Program-made: the position numbers and the translations under genes | Origin: Octopus vulgaris | Lineage: Eukaryota | Assembly: GCA_951406725.2 (NCBI GenBank) | Contig: OX597835.1 | Location: forward strand, 39,556,001-39,620,000 | Reading direction: 5' to 3' | Length of the DNA stretch: 64,000 nt | Notes under the pieces: generated by a model | Seen by the model: only the letters and a program-made list of their open reading frames with translations | Database searches by the model: none | What the model was told of the DNA's origin: nothing | Shown: one piece after another, positions 28,225 through 41,024 of the stretch | How positions within the stretch are numbered: position 1 is the first letter of the stretch | Layout of the letters: each line of letters opens with the position of its first letter

Positions 28225-29660
28225 ACAGGCCAATTACATCGACCTCACTATATGACTGGTACTTTACTTAGTTGAACCAGAAGGGATGAAAAGCAAAATA
28301 ACCCAAGCGGAATGTGAACTCAGATCGTAAAGAACGAGATAAAATGCCGCCAAACATTTTCTTCGACGCACTAATGTTTCAGCTAACTCGCCACCTTTCG
28401 ATTTTTCTTAATATGATCTGAAATTTTTTTAGCCCAGGTCAGCAATTTCAGAAGAAGGAGTAAACCGATTACATCGACCTCAGAATATGACTGGTATTTC
28501 TTTTATCCTTTAAGGATGAAAGGCAAAATCGACCTCGGTGGAATTCGGATTCAGAACGTAAAGACGGACGAAATACGGTTAAGCATTTTGTCCGACGCAG
28601 TAACAGTTGTTCCAGCTCATAGTTTTTTCACAATACTTAATTTTGATTTCAAATTTAGACACAAGGCCAGCAACTTCGGCGGAGGGCGCTGGTAGATTAC
28701 ATCGACTCCAGTGCACAACTGGTACATATTTTGTCGACCCCCGAAAAGATGAAAGGCAAAGCCGCCCTCAGCGGAATCTGAAGTCAGAACGTTTTGTCCG
28801 ACGCGCTAACAGTTCTTCCAGCTCACAGCTTTTTCACATTACTTAATTTTGATTTCAAATTTAGGCACAAGGCCAGCAAATTAGATTACATCGACCCCAG
28901 TGCACAACTGGTACATATTTTTATCGACCCCGAAAAGATGAAAGGCAAAGCCGCCCTCGGCGGAATCTGAAGTCAGAACGTAAAGGCAGACGAAATGCGG
29001 CTAAGCATTTTGTCCGACGCACACAAAGCCAGCAATTTCAGGGAGGGGTCCCAGTCGATTACATCGACTCCAGTTAACATATGGCACATATTTTTATCGA
29101 CCCCGAAGAGATGAAAAGCAACGCCTGCCTCGACGGAATTTGAACAGTCACAACTGAAAAAACAGATGAAATGTCGCTAGGCGTTTCGGCCGGCGCGGAA
29201 ACGATTCTTATTTCTGTATTGCCCACAAGGGGCTAAACATAGAGGGGACAAACAAGGACAGACAAAGGGATTAAGTCGATTACATCGATCCCAGTGCGTA
29301 ACTGGTACTTAATTTATCGACCCCGAAGAGATGAAAGGCAACGCCTGCCTCGACGGAATTTGAACAGTCACAACTAAAAAGACAGATGAAATGTCGCTAG
29401 GTGTTTCGGCCGGCGCGGAAACGATTCTTATTTCTGTATTGCCCACAAGGGGCTAAACATAGAGGGGACAAACAAGGACAGACAAAGGGATTAAGTCGAT
29501 TACATCGATCCCCGTGCGTAACTGGTATTTAATTTATCGACCCCGAAGAGATGAAAGGCAACGCCTGCCTCGACGGAATTTGAACAGTCTCAACTGAAAA
29601 GACAGATGAAATGTCGCTAGGCGTTTCGGCCGGCGCGGAAACGATTCTGCCAGCTCAACG
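28225..29660 (-). mobile_element. Head-to-tail array of SINE family B copies, including a 220-bp tandem repeat
   Basis: About seven core copies. TTATCGACCCCGAAGAG occurs at 29094, 29314 and 29534. Confidence 0.85.
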
Positions 29661-30144
29661 CCTTTCGATGTTAGTTGATTTAACTTCGGAGATCGGACGA
29701 AGGGCTTTTGAAATTAAAGCAGTACACAAACTGACTCGCTGTCCCCGTATTTATTGTAGCTGACAGGGAGCGACTGAATTAAGAAAAAAAAGTTTTGTTG
29801 AAAAGTGACAAAGCTTTTCATTTTGAGCAGACAGCGTGAAATATTAGCTTTGTCTGTCTGTTTAAACATAGCAAATAACAACATCGGTTTATAGAAAGTT
29901 GCTCAAGTATGAAGTAATATGAATAATAATAGTTTTTATGGCCTGATGACAGCATACACAAATATATACACACATATACACACACATACACCCATATACA
30001 CACGAGCACGAAGGCACATACGCACGCACACACATATACTTACATGCATAAACATTCACATTTGTTCGTACACATAATTCAATATATATCTGTGTGTGTA
30101 TGTACGAACGTATGTATGATTGTGTGTGCGTGCGTATGGATGTT

Positions 30145-30245
<101 letters not shown>

Positions 30246-30309
30246 ATATGTATATATATATAAATTTATATATATATGTATGTATGTATATATATATATA
30301 TATTTATGC

Positions 30310-30359
<50 letters not shown>

Positions 30360-30964
30360 GCATATATATATATATATATATATATATTATGTATGTATGC
30401 GTGTACGAATGTATACATATATACACATATATAATTATAGCTATCTATAAATAGACAGATTGATAGATACATACACACACGCATACACACACACACACAC
30501 ACATATGTTACGTTAATATATATATTAAGACTTACTCTCATGCGTATACAACCACGCAAATACATCACGCATACTTATATATATATACGCGCACATGCGA
30601 ACACATATATAGACACATATTCACATACATACACACAGACATTTATATATGAATGAAGCAAAAGAAAAAGAACCCCTTTGTTATTATTGTTGTTGTTGAG
30701 GTTCCTGTAGAGTTCAGTTGCTGAGTCATAGTGTTCATAACATACGATTAACCAATTAACCTAATATATTACTGGTACTTAATATTAACCGGAATGAATC
30801 ACTTCTAAGTTCCAACGGTCTGAGAAAAATATCCGCGCTACGATGATAAATCTGGGGGGGGGGGGGCAGTGTGTGTGTGTATTATACGTAAGTATGTATG
30901 TATTTATGTAAAAATAAAAGGGGGAGGGGAATACAAATGGGTTTAATATTTACAACAGCAAAGA

Positions 30965-31190
30965 CGTCAAGCTGGCAGAAACGTTAGCACATCGGGCGAC
31001 ATACTTAGCGGTATTTTTTCTGCCGCTACGTTCTGAGTTCAAATTCCTCCGAGGTTGACTTTGCCTTTCATCCTTTCGGGGTCGTTAAAATAAGTACCAG
31101 TTACGCACTGGGGTCAATGTAATCGACTTAATCTGTTTGCCTTGTTTGTCCCCTTTGTGTGTAGCCCTTTGTGGGTAGTAAAGAAATGTG
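30965..31190 (+). mobile_element. SINE family B
   Basis: Head, core and tail as at 637-868. Confidence 0.85.
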
Positions 31191-31212
31191 TAATCGACTT
31201 GATCCGTTTGTC

Positions 31213-31288
31213 TGTCCTTCTAGTATAGCTTCAAGCAGACCAAAGTTTTGTGAGTGGATTTGGCAGATGGAAACTGAAAGAAGCCCGT

Positions 31289-31332
<44 letters not shown>

Positions 31333-31722
31333 CGTATATTTGCCATTTCAATATGGCTACCCCTAAGGGTGGATGCTACTGTAGTTTTTAGCCCCAGGAG
31401 GACGCACTCCTCCAGCTGGCCATAGACACACTTTCTGTGTCCTGTCAGTATTTGCAAAGGGAAGTCACCCTTCCCGTCTTCAACTTATGATACACACGGA
31501 CTCGAGTCCGTGTTGAAGACGGGAAGGATGACTTCCCTTTGCAAATACTGACAGGACACAGAAAGTGTGTCTATGGCCAGCTGGAGGAGTGCGTCCTCCT
31601 GGGGCTAAAAACTACAGTAGCATCCACCCTTAGGGGTAGCCATATTGAAATGGCAAATATATGTCATGATGTGTTATCGCTACTGTATATAACTCACTTT
31701 GATATTTATCATTATCTATATA

Positions 31723-31793
<71 letters not shown>

Positions 31794-32060
31794 GTGTGTT
31801 TATGTATATATGTATGCATATATGTATATTTATATATATTAATGTGTGAGTGTGTGTTTGTATGTGTCCCTCGGCCATCACTTCGCAACAAATACTGTTG
31901 TGTTAATTTCTCCGTTACGTAGCGGTCCGGCAAAAGAGCTCGATAGAATAAGTACTAAGCTTACAATGAATAAGTCCTGGAGTCGATTTGTTCGACTAAA
32001 ACCCTTTAAGGCGGTGCTACAGGATGGCCCCAGTCAAATGACTGAAATAAGTAAAAGAAT
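31213..32060 (+). mobile_element. Diverged SINE family A split by a palindromic insertion
   Basis: Body fragment at 31213-31290 and 3' half at 31850-32060 flank (TA)n tracts and the palindrome. Confidence 0.65.
31330..31666. repeat. Near-perfect 337-bp palindrome
   Basis: Arms of about 163 bp centred on CTC|GAG (31503/31504), with an 11-nt bulge at 31483-31493. Both strands give the same ORF start in the track. Confidence 0.95.
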
Positions 32061-32109
32061 CTATATGTTGTTGATGTTATTATCATTATTATTATTATCA
32101 TTGTTGTTG

Positions 32110-32345
32110 TTGTTAACTACACGTGCTTAACGTACATGCTTTCTGTATTTTCCGGTAGCTGCAATAGCGTGACGGGATATATATACTCTCAAACCGCTAG
32201 GTGAGTACACCTCAAACATGGATAGGCGGTCCATGTTTGAGATATTCTACACCCAGCGGTTTGAGAGTATATATATACTCCACCACGCTACTGTAGCCAC
32301 CGGAAGATACGCAAAGCATATACATTAAGTACATATAATTAACAA
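32110..32345. repeat. Imperfect long hairpin (arms about 113 bp, 7-nt loop)
   Basis: CTCAAACATGGA-taggcgg-TCCATGTTTGAG core, pairing out to TTGTTAA/TTAACAA. Confidence 0.9.
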
Positions 32346-34109
32346 TATTTAAAATACTACAGCTGCTTTTATTTAATATTATGATATTAATTAATGATGA
32401 AGCTAAATTCCTTGCTAAACGTAGTATTATAGATGATAGATTAGAAACATTAGCTAAGAGAGAGGCGCTTGTTACTTTAAAAGACCATAAGCCTAATTTT
32501 CGTGATAATCCTATTTGTAGAATCTACAAATAAACCCACATATCACAGACGTGAGCACTATTATATGACCTCCATAGATACATCAAATAGTTAATCATAT
32601 GTGACTTTTTTGCCCATGCGAATCCTTTATTGAACAATAGTGTTTTTCTCACATGCCTGATAAAATCTAAGTCTATAGGGTCAACATCAACATATGATTT
32701 AGCAAATTCAATAGCCTTATCGAACAGCGATCTAGATATAGAGGGATAAAAGTCTATAATATCAAACTGGATAAATTTAGTCTTATTCTTATCCTTAATA
32801 TTCTTAAACCAGTCTATTACAATAAAACTGTTATTCCATTGTTGAAACCCAGTAATTTCCCTAATTCTATTGCTGATGTTTCTAACTATTTTTTAGCTAC
32901 TTTCCCAGTTTCAGATCACGTAGTGTTTAACTATCTACATATGATAGTGCTGTCGTCTGTGATCTTGTGGGTTTATTTATATTAAACACATTGAGATATA
33001 GATACCTATCTCAAGACGTTGGCCTATACCGTGACGACGGTTTGGGTATTTCCCGTGGGTCTGATGGTCTTACATTTAATCCATTAGGACTTAACATTAC
33101 AGTAGCTACTAATCTCTCTATAGTTGATTATTTAGATCTTTCGCCAGATCTAAACTTCTCCTCGTATAAACCTTCCCATAAGCCTAATAAGAATCTCGCA
33201 TATATACATAAACAATCTTATCACGCTCCTGTAATAGTTAAAAACCTGACAGCTAGTATTAGTAACAGTGTAACCTCTCTTCTTCTAAAGAAAATTTCGA
33301 GAAAGCTGTTCCCTATTGTAACAAGGCCCTAGCCAATAGTGGCTTCAAAGATACATTAATACATAATTCTTTTAATAATAATCAAAATATTAATAGATCT
33401 AGTGGCATCAAAGATGACGTAATACACAACCCCTCCAGTATTAATCATTATAAGAAGAAGAAATCTAAGAATAGGCCAGGGAAAATTATTTGGTTCGCTC
33501 CTCCCTTTTCCCTTAATATAAAAACTAACATTGGTAAAAGATTCCTGTCATTCCAAGACAAGCATTTTCCAACCACTCACAGATACAGGAAAATATTTAA
33601 TAGGCGGGCGTTCTGTGAAATTATCATATAGCTGCTGCCCCTATATGAAGAGTATCATTACACGTGGTCAACACCAAGAGCTTAAATCCAGTTGCAATTG
33701 TCGCGGCCAAGGATCCTGTCCACTTGACCAACGATGTATGACTAAATCTATTATATATGAGGCAGAAGTTACTGCAACCCTAAATAATAATACAACTGAT
33801 AAGAAGACCTGTATTGGATTATGTGAAGGAGTATTTAAAGGTCGTTATGCCAATTACAGAAGCTCCTTCCGACATTGTGACAAAAGTAAAGCTACTTAGT
33901 TGATTAGCTGCGATAATGAAACGCCGCATGTGATTAAATGGAAAACAATTGAGAAATCCATACCTTATGGGATTGGATCGAATAAAGTAGGCTTTGTTAA
34001 GCTGAAAGAGCGCAGATCCTATTCAGATCTAAGATCCCGAACTCTCTGTCGAACTCCAGATCAGAAATTTTCAGTGGTTGCATGTATATGTATAATTATA
34101 TTCTGAAGA

Positions 34110-34436
34110 GTGTGAGGGCGCGTGGCTTAGTGGTTAGGGCATTCGGCTCATGATCGTAAGGTTGTGAGTTCGATTCCCGGCGACGCGTTGTGTCCTTGAG
34201 CAAGACACTTTATTTCACGTTGCTCCAGTCCACTCAGCTGGCAAAAATAAGTTGTACTTGTATTTCAAAGGGTCAGCCTTGTCACTCTCTGTGTCACGCT
34301 GATTATCCCCGAGAACTACGTTAAGGGTACACGTGTCTGTGGAATGCTCAGCCATTTGCACGTTAATTTCACGAGCAAGCTGTTCCGTTGATCGTATCAG
34401 CTGGGACCCTCGTCGTCGTAACCGGCGTAGTCTTTA
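34110..34436 (+). mobile_element. SINE family D (CORE-like, tail type Y) inserted in the PLE
   Basis: tRNA head plus TTGTGTCCTTGAGCAAGACACTT. 12-bp TSD ATATTCTGAAGA at 34098-34109 and 34437-34448. Confidence 0.88.
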
Positions 34437-34636
34437 ATATTCTGAAGAATTGGAAAATTCCGCCTATTCCTGAGAAACTTGTTATCATTCAAACCTTATC
34501 ATTTAATGTCTAAGGAGGATGGCTCTTTTACCTTTATACTTTTTATTTTTTACACTTTAGTTTTTGCGTTTTCGTTTTCCGTTTTTTGCTTTCTGTGTTT
34601 TCTATCTTCTCGGGTTTTTTTCGTATTTCTTCTATT

Positions 34637-35053
34637 ACTCTTTTTTACTTTTTTACTTGTTTCAGTCATTTGACTGCGGCCATGCTGGAGCACCGCCTTT
34701 AGTCGAGCAAATGGACCCCAGGACTTATTCTTTGTAAGCCTAGTACTTATTCTATCGGTCTCTTTTACCGAACCGCTAAGTTACGGGGACGTAAACACAC
34801 CAGCATTGATTGTCAAGCGATGTTAGGGGGACAAACATAGACACACAAATATATACACACACATACACATACATATATATACATATATACGACAGGCTTC
34901 TTTCAGTTTCCATCGACCAAATCCACTCAGAAGGCTTTGGTCGGCCCGAGGCTATAGTAGAAGACACTTGCCCAACATGCCACGCAGTGGGACTGAACCC
35001 GGAACCATGTGGTTGGTAAGCAAGCTACTTACCACACAGCCACTCCTACGCCT
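34637..35053 (-). mobile_element. SINE family A, full length, in the PLE 3' region
   Basis: Complete reverse-complement copy. Confidence 0.9.
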
Positions 35054-35080
35054 ATCTTTTTAGTTCGTCATATGTAGTTT

Positions 35081-35134
35081 GCACCTGAAGAATATTTTTG
35101 AGTATTTATCAACATATGAAACTATTAGTAGCGC
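35081..35134 (+). ncRNA. Type-I hammerhead ribozyme at the 3' end of the PLE
   Basis: GCAC-CTGAAGA-ATAT...ATAT-GAAA-CT-att-AG-TA-GCGC, with one mismatch in stem I. The position is as expected for PLE pLTR HHRs. Confidence 0.75.
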
Positions 35135-36198
35135 TTAAATACATGTATTGTGCCCTTTGAACAAATAATATTCACTAGATGGAGTACTTTTTTCCTTGAA
35201 TTTTCTATCACGGCACAGTACATTATGTGTGTGCGTATGTGTGTGTGAGTGTGTATGTGTGTGTGTACACACATACACACTCATATGAATATATATATAT
35301 ATATATATATACATTAGTCCGACGATGGGTCAGCCGTCAAGAACATTCTGGTTTACGAATAATAAATGTGTACTCTACAAAAGTGTTGAGTAAACCATCA
35401 GATAAAAGTAAAATTTGTTTTTATTACAACTGAAGCCGAGGTCGACTTTGCCTTTCATTCTTTCGGGGTCGATAAAATAAGTACCAGTTGAACACTGAAG
35501 TCAATATAATCGACTCATCCCTTTCTTCAAAATGGCTACCCTTGTGGCAACATTTGAAACCATTGTAACTGAACATAAAAACAAACATGAATAGAATATA
35601 TGATAGATAAATAGATAGATAGATAGATACAAAATTAAGAGGAATGACCACTAAAGTGGACACCTAATATGCTAAACATAGACGTCAAATCGCCATTACC
35701 ACGAAGAATGTATTTCTCAAGAAATAAATCTCAGCAAAACGCCAAAATGTAAAAATGAGCAAGACAAATGAAAGTATACGAAATAAAAAACAATTACCTA
35801 CGTACCATTGGTTTCATTTGTTAATATCTACGTATGCAAACACACAGATATCTGCAAGATCGTCAGTGTAGTCTGTCGCTTACAAAACACAATTTCCAGA
35901 TCTAGATACAGAACGCTCAACCGAAATCGATTATGTATAAAGTTCTACAGTTTATTTTTGGATGTATTTTTCAAATGTCTTCACTTTGGCGTGATGAGGC
36001 CGGAAATTACGCTGCGGTTAATAAATTTCAGCAGCCAATTTATTAACAATTTTTAATCTTCGGATTTTTTAAATATGCTAAGCCGCTGGTTTTAATTAAT
36101 CAATATCAATTTCTACCCTTATTATTTAATTTTAGATAAATAGATACATACATACATACATACATACATACATACATACATACATACATACATACATA

Positions 36199-36410
36199 AG
36201 CCTGCGAGCTGGCCGAATTGATAGCACGCCGGACAAAATGCTTAATGGCATTTCGTCCGGCTCCTCACGTTCTGAGTTCAAATGTCGCCGATGTCGACTT
36301 TGCTTTCATAATACGGGATCGATAAGATAAGTACCAGTTGAGTACTGGGGTAGCTATATAATCGACTTTCCCACTTGCCCGAAAATTGGCCTTGGGCCAA
36401 AATTTGAAAC
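36199..36410 (+). mobile_element. SINE family B (short-tail variant)
   Basis: Head, B-box, core and GGCCTTGGGCCAAAATTTGAAAC tail. Confidence 0.75.
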
Positions 36411-36441
36411 TAGCAAGAACACACACACACACACACACACG

Positions 36442-36472
<31 letters not shown>

Positions 36473-36535
36473 TCATACTCACGCATACATACGTGTGTGT
36501 GTGCATGTGTGTGAGTGTAATATATACATGTGTGT

Positions 36536-36574
<39 letters not shown>

Positions 36575-37097
36575 TGATAAGTAGTTGGCACTTTTGTGAC
36601 CAGAAACCTTAAAATTTATATTTGTTATGTTTGTTGTTGCTGTTGTTGTTGTTGCTGCTGTTTCATTTATCACTGATGCTGCTTTTATCACTCACTGCTG
36701 CTGGTTTTGTTACTGTTGTTGTTAGTGCCGATTGAACTCAAGTGAACTTAGACGCAACAAATCTACGATCACAAGCGTTCCAACAATGACCACCTCATCC
36801 TACATTCGGTGTTCTTAGAAACTACATTGTCTTGTGTATCTTTCCTGTTCTACCACTTCAGATGCGGCCTGACTTGAGAGAAGTATGGCTGCTATTTCTA
36901 GCAGATCGAGTAACTTCATACACATGCTTTCGTTCTTACTGTCATCGTCACCATTGTCATCATCATTATTGTTGTTGTCGTTGTTGTTATTGCTGTTGTT
37001 ACTAATCTTGTTCTTGTTCTTGTTATTGTTGAATTTACGGTGGTGATAACCGTAACTATTTAGCTGTTTCTACTATTATTGCTCTCATTGCTGCTGC

Positions 37098-37132
<35 letters not shown>

Positions 37133-37484
37133 TTGTTGTTGTTGTTGTTCCTACTCCGCTACATTAACTGTGTCTAATTCTGCTAAACTATAGCTTAACA
37201 ATCTCCGGTGTTTTCAGCCTAAATTGAGCGGAAACTGTTTGCTGGGAGAGAAGGTGGAGAGTATCTGTGAGAGTAAGGTGTGGTGGAGACGGAACAAGGA
37301 GAAGAAGAAAGAGAAAAGTTAGGGATTCAGTAGTTGAGATATAAGGAGAGAGATGGGGAAAGAGGAGAGTGAAGTCGAGGGAAGTGATTAGAGCATGAGT
37401 AGTAGGGGGAGGGATAAGTTTGAAAGTGGTAGAAAGAAAAAGAAAAAGGACAAAAAATAGAGAATATAATAGAGGTGTGTGTGT

Positions 37485-37758
37485 GGAGGCGCAATGGCCC
37501 AGTGGTTAGGGCAGCGGACTCGCGGTCGGAGGATCGCGGTTTCGATTCCCCGACCAGGCGTTGTGTTTGTTTATTGAGCAAAAATACCTAAGATCTCCAC
37601 GAAGGTCCGGCAGGGGGTGGTGGCGACCCCTGTTGTACTCTTTCGCCCTAACTTTCTCTCACTCTCTCTCTTCCTGTTTCTTGAGAAACGCTGCGATGGA
37701 CAGGCGTCCCATCCAGCTGGGGAGAGCGCATACGCCACAGAAAACGGGAAACCGGGCG
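37485..37758 (+). mobile_element. SINE family C with truncated V-like tail
   Basis: Matches 21790-22100. Confidence 0.85.
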
Positions 37759-37767
37759 ACGTTTATC

Positions 37768-37894
<127 letters not shown>

Positions 37895-38319
37895 CAGATA
37901 GATAGATAGATAGATAGATTAGTGGAAATGGATGCGCTAGCTGCATGACAAAATTACCGGATAGGTTGCGGCTTTTGACAGAATCCACGTTAAACTGCTT
38001 CTATCCCATGACCTGATGGATTTCAAACAATTATAACAGAACTGTATGAAAGAAAAGCACGAAGCAAGAAGTTATTGTTTCTTTAGCTCATCTGTAACGC
38101 ACGTTTCTGTGGTCGATATCCAGAATTCAACATTTATGATGCTCATCGATCTCGATATTGATCGCAGAAATAAAGAGATGTCAACTTCATGTGTTTATGT
38201 GTGTATGCATGTGCGTGTGTGTGTGTGCGTGTGTGTGTGTGTGTGTATGTGTGTGTGCGTGTGTGTGTGTGTAAGCACGCACTTTGAAAGCAAGGTGGAA
38301 AAATAGAGGTTCTTTAATA

Positions 38320-38729
38320 CTCTTTTTACCCTTTTACTTGTTTCAGTCATTTGACTGCGGCCGTGCTGGAGCACCGCCTTTAATCGAGCAACTCGACCCT
38401 GGGACTTATTCTTTTGTAAGCCCAGTACTTATTCTATCGGTCTCTTTTGCCAAACCGCTAAGTAACGGGGACATAAACACACCACCATCGGTTGTCAAGC
38501 AATGCTAGGGGGACAAACACAGACACACAAACACACACACGCATATATATATATACACATATATACGACGGGCTTCTTTCAGTTTCCGTCTACCAAATCC
38601 ACTCACAAGGCTTTAGTCGGCCCGAGACTATAGTAGAAGACACTTGCCCAAGGTGCCACACAGCGGGACTAAACCCGGAACCATGTGGTTGATAAACAAG
38701 CTACTTACCACACAGCCACTCCTGCGCCT
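38320..38729 (-). mobile_element. SINE family A, full length
   Basis: Complete reverse-complement copy. Confidence 0.9.
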
Positions 38730-39229
38730 ATATTTAAAATAGTTGGTAATACTGAATGTGATTGAAAACTGCGCTTTCACAAATCATTACTTCGAATTTG
38801 TTGTCGCCGACTTTATATAAACATGTCAATTGCGTGTGTGAAAACATCTAAAGTTACAAGAGAAATAAATCAAAATGTTTAAGTGTCTTCAAAAACTTTA
38901 AAATGGCGCCGATTGATTCATATTATTCAGACTTATGGCGTGCATATTTCTCTCTGAATCAGCATTTGTAGGGTATATAATTGCAAATTGCATACTTTTA
39001 GGAGTATCTATAATAGCGCGGCATCTGTCGAAATCTTGGCATATAATGAATAATTTTTGGCTTAAATGTGCAGCTTAAATATGAATGATAATCACCACGG
39101 ACGTATGGTGTAGCGTGATCGGAAATTAACCATTTAATCTTAAACGCTGCAGAATATTATTTTTTTTACTTACAAAACCCAAATATTCCTAGAAAGCCTG
39201 GTGAAAGAAGCTTCTTTTTCTTTTGCTTC

Positions 39230-39772
39230 ATCTTTTAATCGAATGAATCGACTCCGGTACTTGTTTTTTAAGTCTGGTACTTATTCTATCGATCTTTTTT
39301 GCTGAAGCGTTAAGCATACCAACACCGGTTCTAAAGTGGTGACGAGGGAGACAAACACAAGCACACACACATATATATATACATATATATATACATATAA
39401 GCAAAACATTCAAACACTGAGACTTGAAATCAGATGTCACTACTGTTCATATCATCTGTGGATAAATTTTAAAATTGATATCACCAGCAGTGACATAGGT
39501 GGATCGCAGGTGCAATAGTATTAAATAGCGATGAATAATAAATTTGTACGAAGCGTAAGGATGCTTAGCAACCATCCACCTGCTAGAAATAAGAGCTTAT
39601 ATATATATATATGACGGGCTTCTTTCAGTTTCCGTCTACCAAATCCACTTACAAGGCTTTGGCCAGCTCGAGGCTATAATAGAAGACACTTGCCCAAGGT
39701 GCAACGCAGTTGGACTGAACACGGAACCATGTTGTTGGGAAGCAAGCTTCTTACCACGCAGCCCCCTCCTGG
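39230..39772 (-). mobile_element. Diverged, interrupted SINE family A
   Basis: 3' part at 39230-39400 and 5' part at 39600-39772. Confidence 0.6.
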
Positions 39773-39899
39773 GCCAATGAATATCAGATAAAAATTCATT
39801 TAGAAGCAACTCTCGCTTAAGTAAATGTAGCATTTGATTAAACTGATATTTTGTTGGGCACCAAAACCCACAACTGAAGTAACACCAAGTAGACATATC

Positions 39900-40500
39900 C
39901 AGCTATTATGCACGCCCTTAAAAATCGTAGCCAGACTAATCGATGACACGTACAACAACTCACGTATATCCCTCTCCACATCACAAAAGTGGATTGATAA
40001 ATATATGTGAGTTTCAACAAGCAAAAACCTTCCCATCTGTGTCAGATGTCACCAGCAAAGATTTCGACTCGAAATTTTCGTTTTTCATCCAGCACTACAT
40101 ATTCCGAATGCAACGTTACGGATACACACAATACGATAGAATCAGAGTGTACAAAGGAGCGAAAACTAGATTCGGACGCATTCTAAAAGATGACGAAAAC
40201 GGTTTATGTTCCCTATACCACAACAAGTTCTGGAATAGGTTAGAGAGGGACACTAACAAAAGAAATAAAACCAATACTTGGTGTGATAACAAGAAATTTC
40301 ACTGTAATATTTGTTGACGCCACACCTAAGAACGAATTAAGTAAGGCACTTAAGAAAATCCTGCGCACAACTGGCCTTAAGATCAAAGTTGTAGAAAAGA
40401 CTGGTAGGACTACCAAATCTGTACTCATTTAAAATATCCTCAGCAAATCCTAAAAAACAACAACAAAACGGTGACGAGCAAATTTCCTATCGTGTAAAAC
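39900..40500 (+). pseudogene. Second Penelope-like element remnant (thumb/linker region, different lineage)
   Basis: RMQRYGY..DR..VY.GA...G.CSLYH.K.W...ER...K..K..TW, then after a frameshift VIFVDATPKNEL...GLKIKVVEKTGRT. This resembles PLE RT-endonuclease linkers. Confidence 0.6.
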
Positions 40501-40520
40501 AGGATCGATGTTTGTATTTT

Positions 40521-40846
40521 AGCTCAAAATCTCTCGTGGAAGTATCATCCAACCAAAGTACAAATATATGGGAAACTACCACCTGTATCATCTCTTGTAA
40601 AAGGTAGGAGAGTCCAGTTTGCTGGACATTGTTGTAGAGCTGAAAACGAGGTAATTTCTACTCTTCTCCTCTGGAAGCCATCTGCTCGCGATACCAGAGG
40701 GCGCACACTCTCCTACCCTGATGTAATCTCCAGGGATACAGGCATCCAGCAACAGGACCTCCGTAATGCTACGATGGACCGTGAAGTCTGGCGTAGCATA
40801 GTAAATTCCATTGTCTCGACCACGGTCGAACAATGATGATGATGAT
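40521..40846 (+). mobile_element. RTE-clade LINE 3' end, copy 1
   Basis: AQNLSWKYHPTKVQIYGKLPPVSSLVKGRRVQFAGHC...MDREVWR...TTVEQ* followed by a (TGA)n tail. Confidence 0.85.
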
Positions 40847-41024
40847 TTTAGCGCCATCTTTCACGGAATGTTGTTTTACAAATGCTTCCAAGCAACAACA
40901 ACAACAACAACAAAAATGTAGCAAATTGTTTTAATCAAGGAGAGGATAATTTTCGAAGGGATTAATAATGTCATCAAGCTTTATATTCCCTTGTAGATGT
41001 CTGCGTGGAGTAGGGCCTTCTCTA

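Larger units (their letters stand above)
32350..35215 (+). mobile_element. Decayed Penelope-like retroelement, Naiad-type (RT + C-terminal GIY-YIG + 3' HHR)
   Basis: Motifs VTLKDHKPNF, FDIIDFYPSI (in the inverted block), CDLVGLFIL, GLYRDDGL, KIIWFAPPFSLNIKTNIGKRFL, VKLSYSC and CNCR..SCPL..RC.TKSIIYEAEV..CIG...FKGRY. Multiple stops and frameshifts, plus two SINE insertions. Confidence 0.88.

Noticed and set aside
33680-34090. Selenocysteine recoding in the Naiad-type endonuclease
   Set aside because: The conserved Cys positions I could read use TGC/TGT. The stops are TAG/TAA decay, and I recognised no SECIS.
40560-40585. GIY-YIG-like KYIGET continuing the PLE remnant
   Set aside because: The sequence is better explained as QIYGKLPP in the frame of the inserted RTE fragment.
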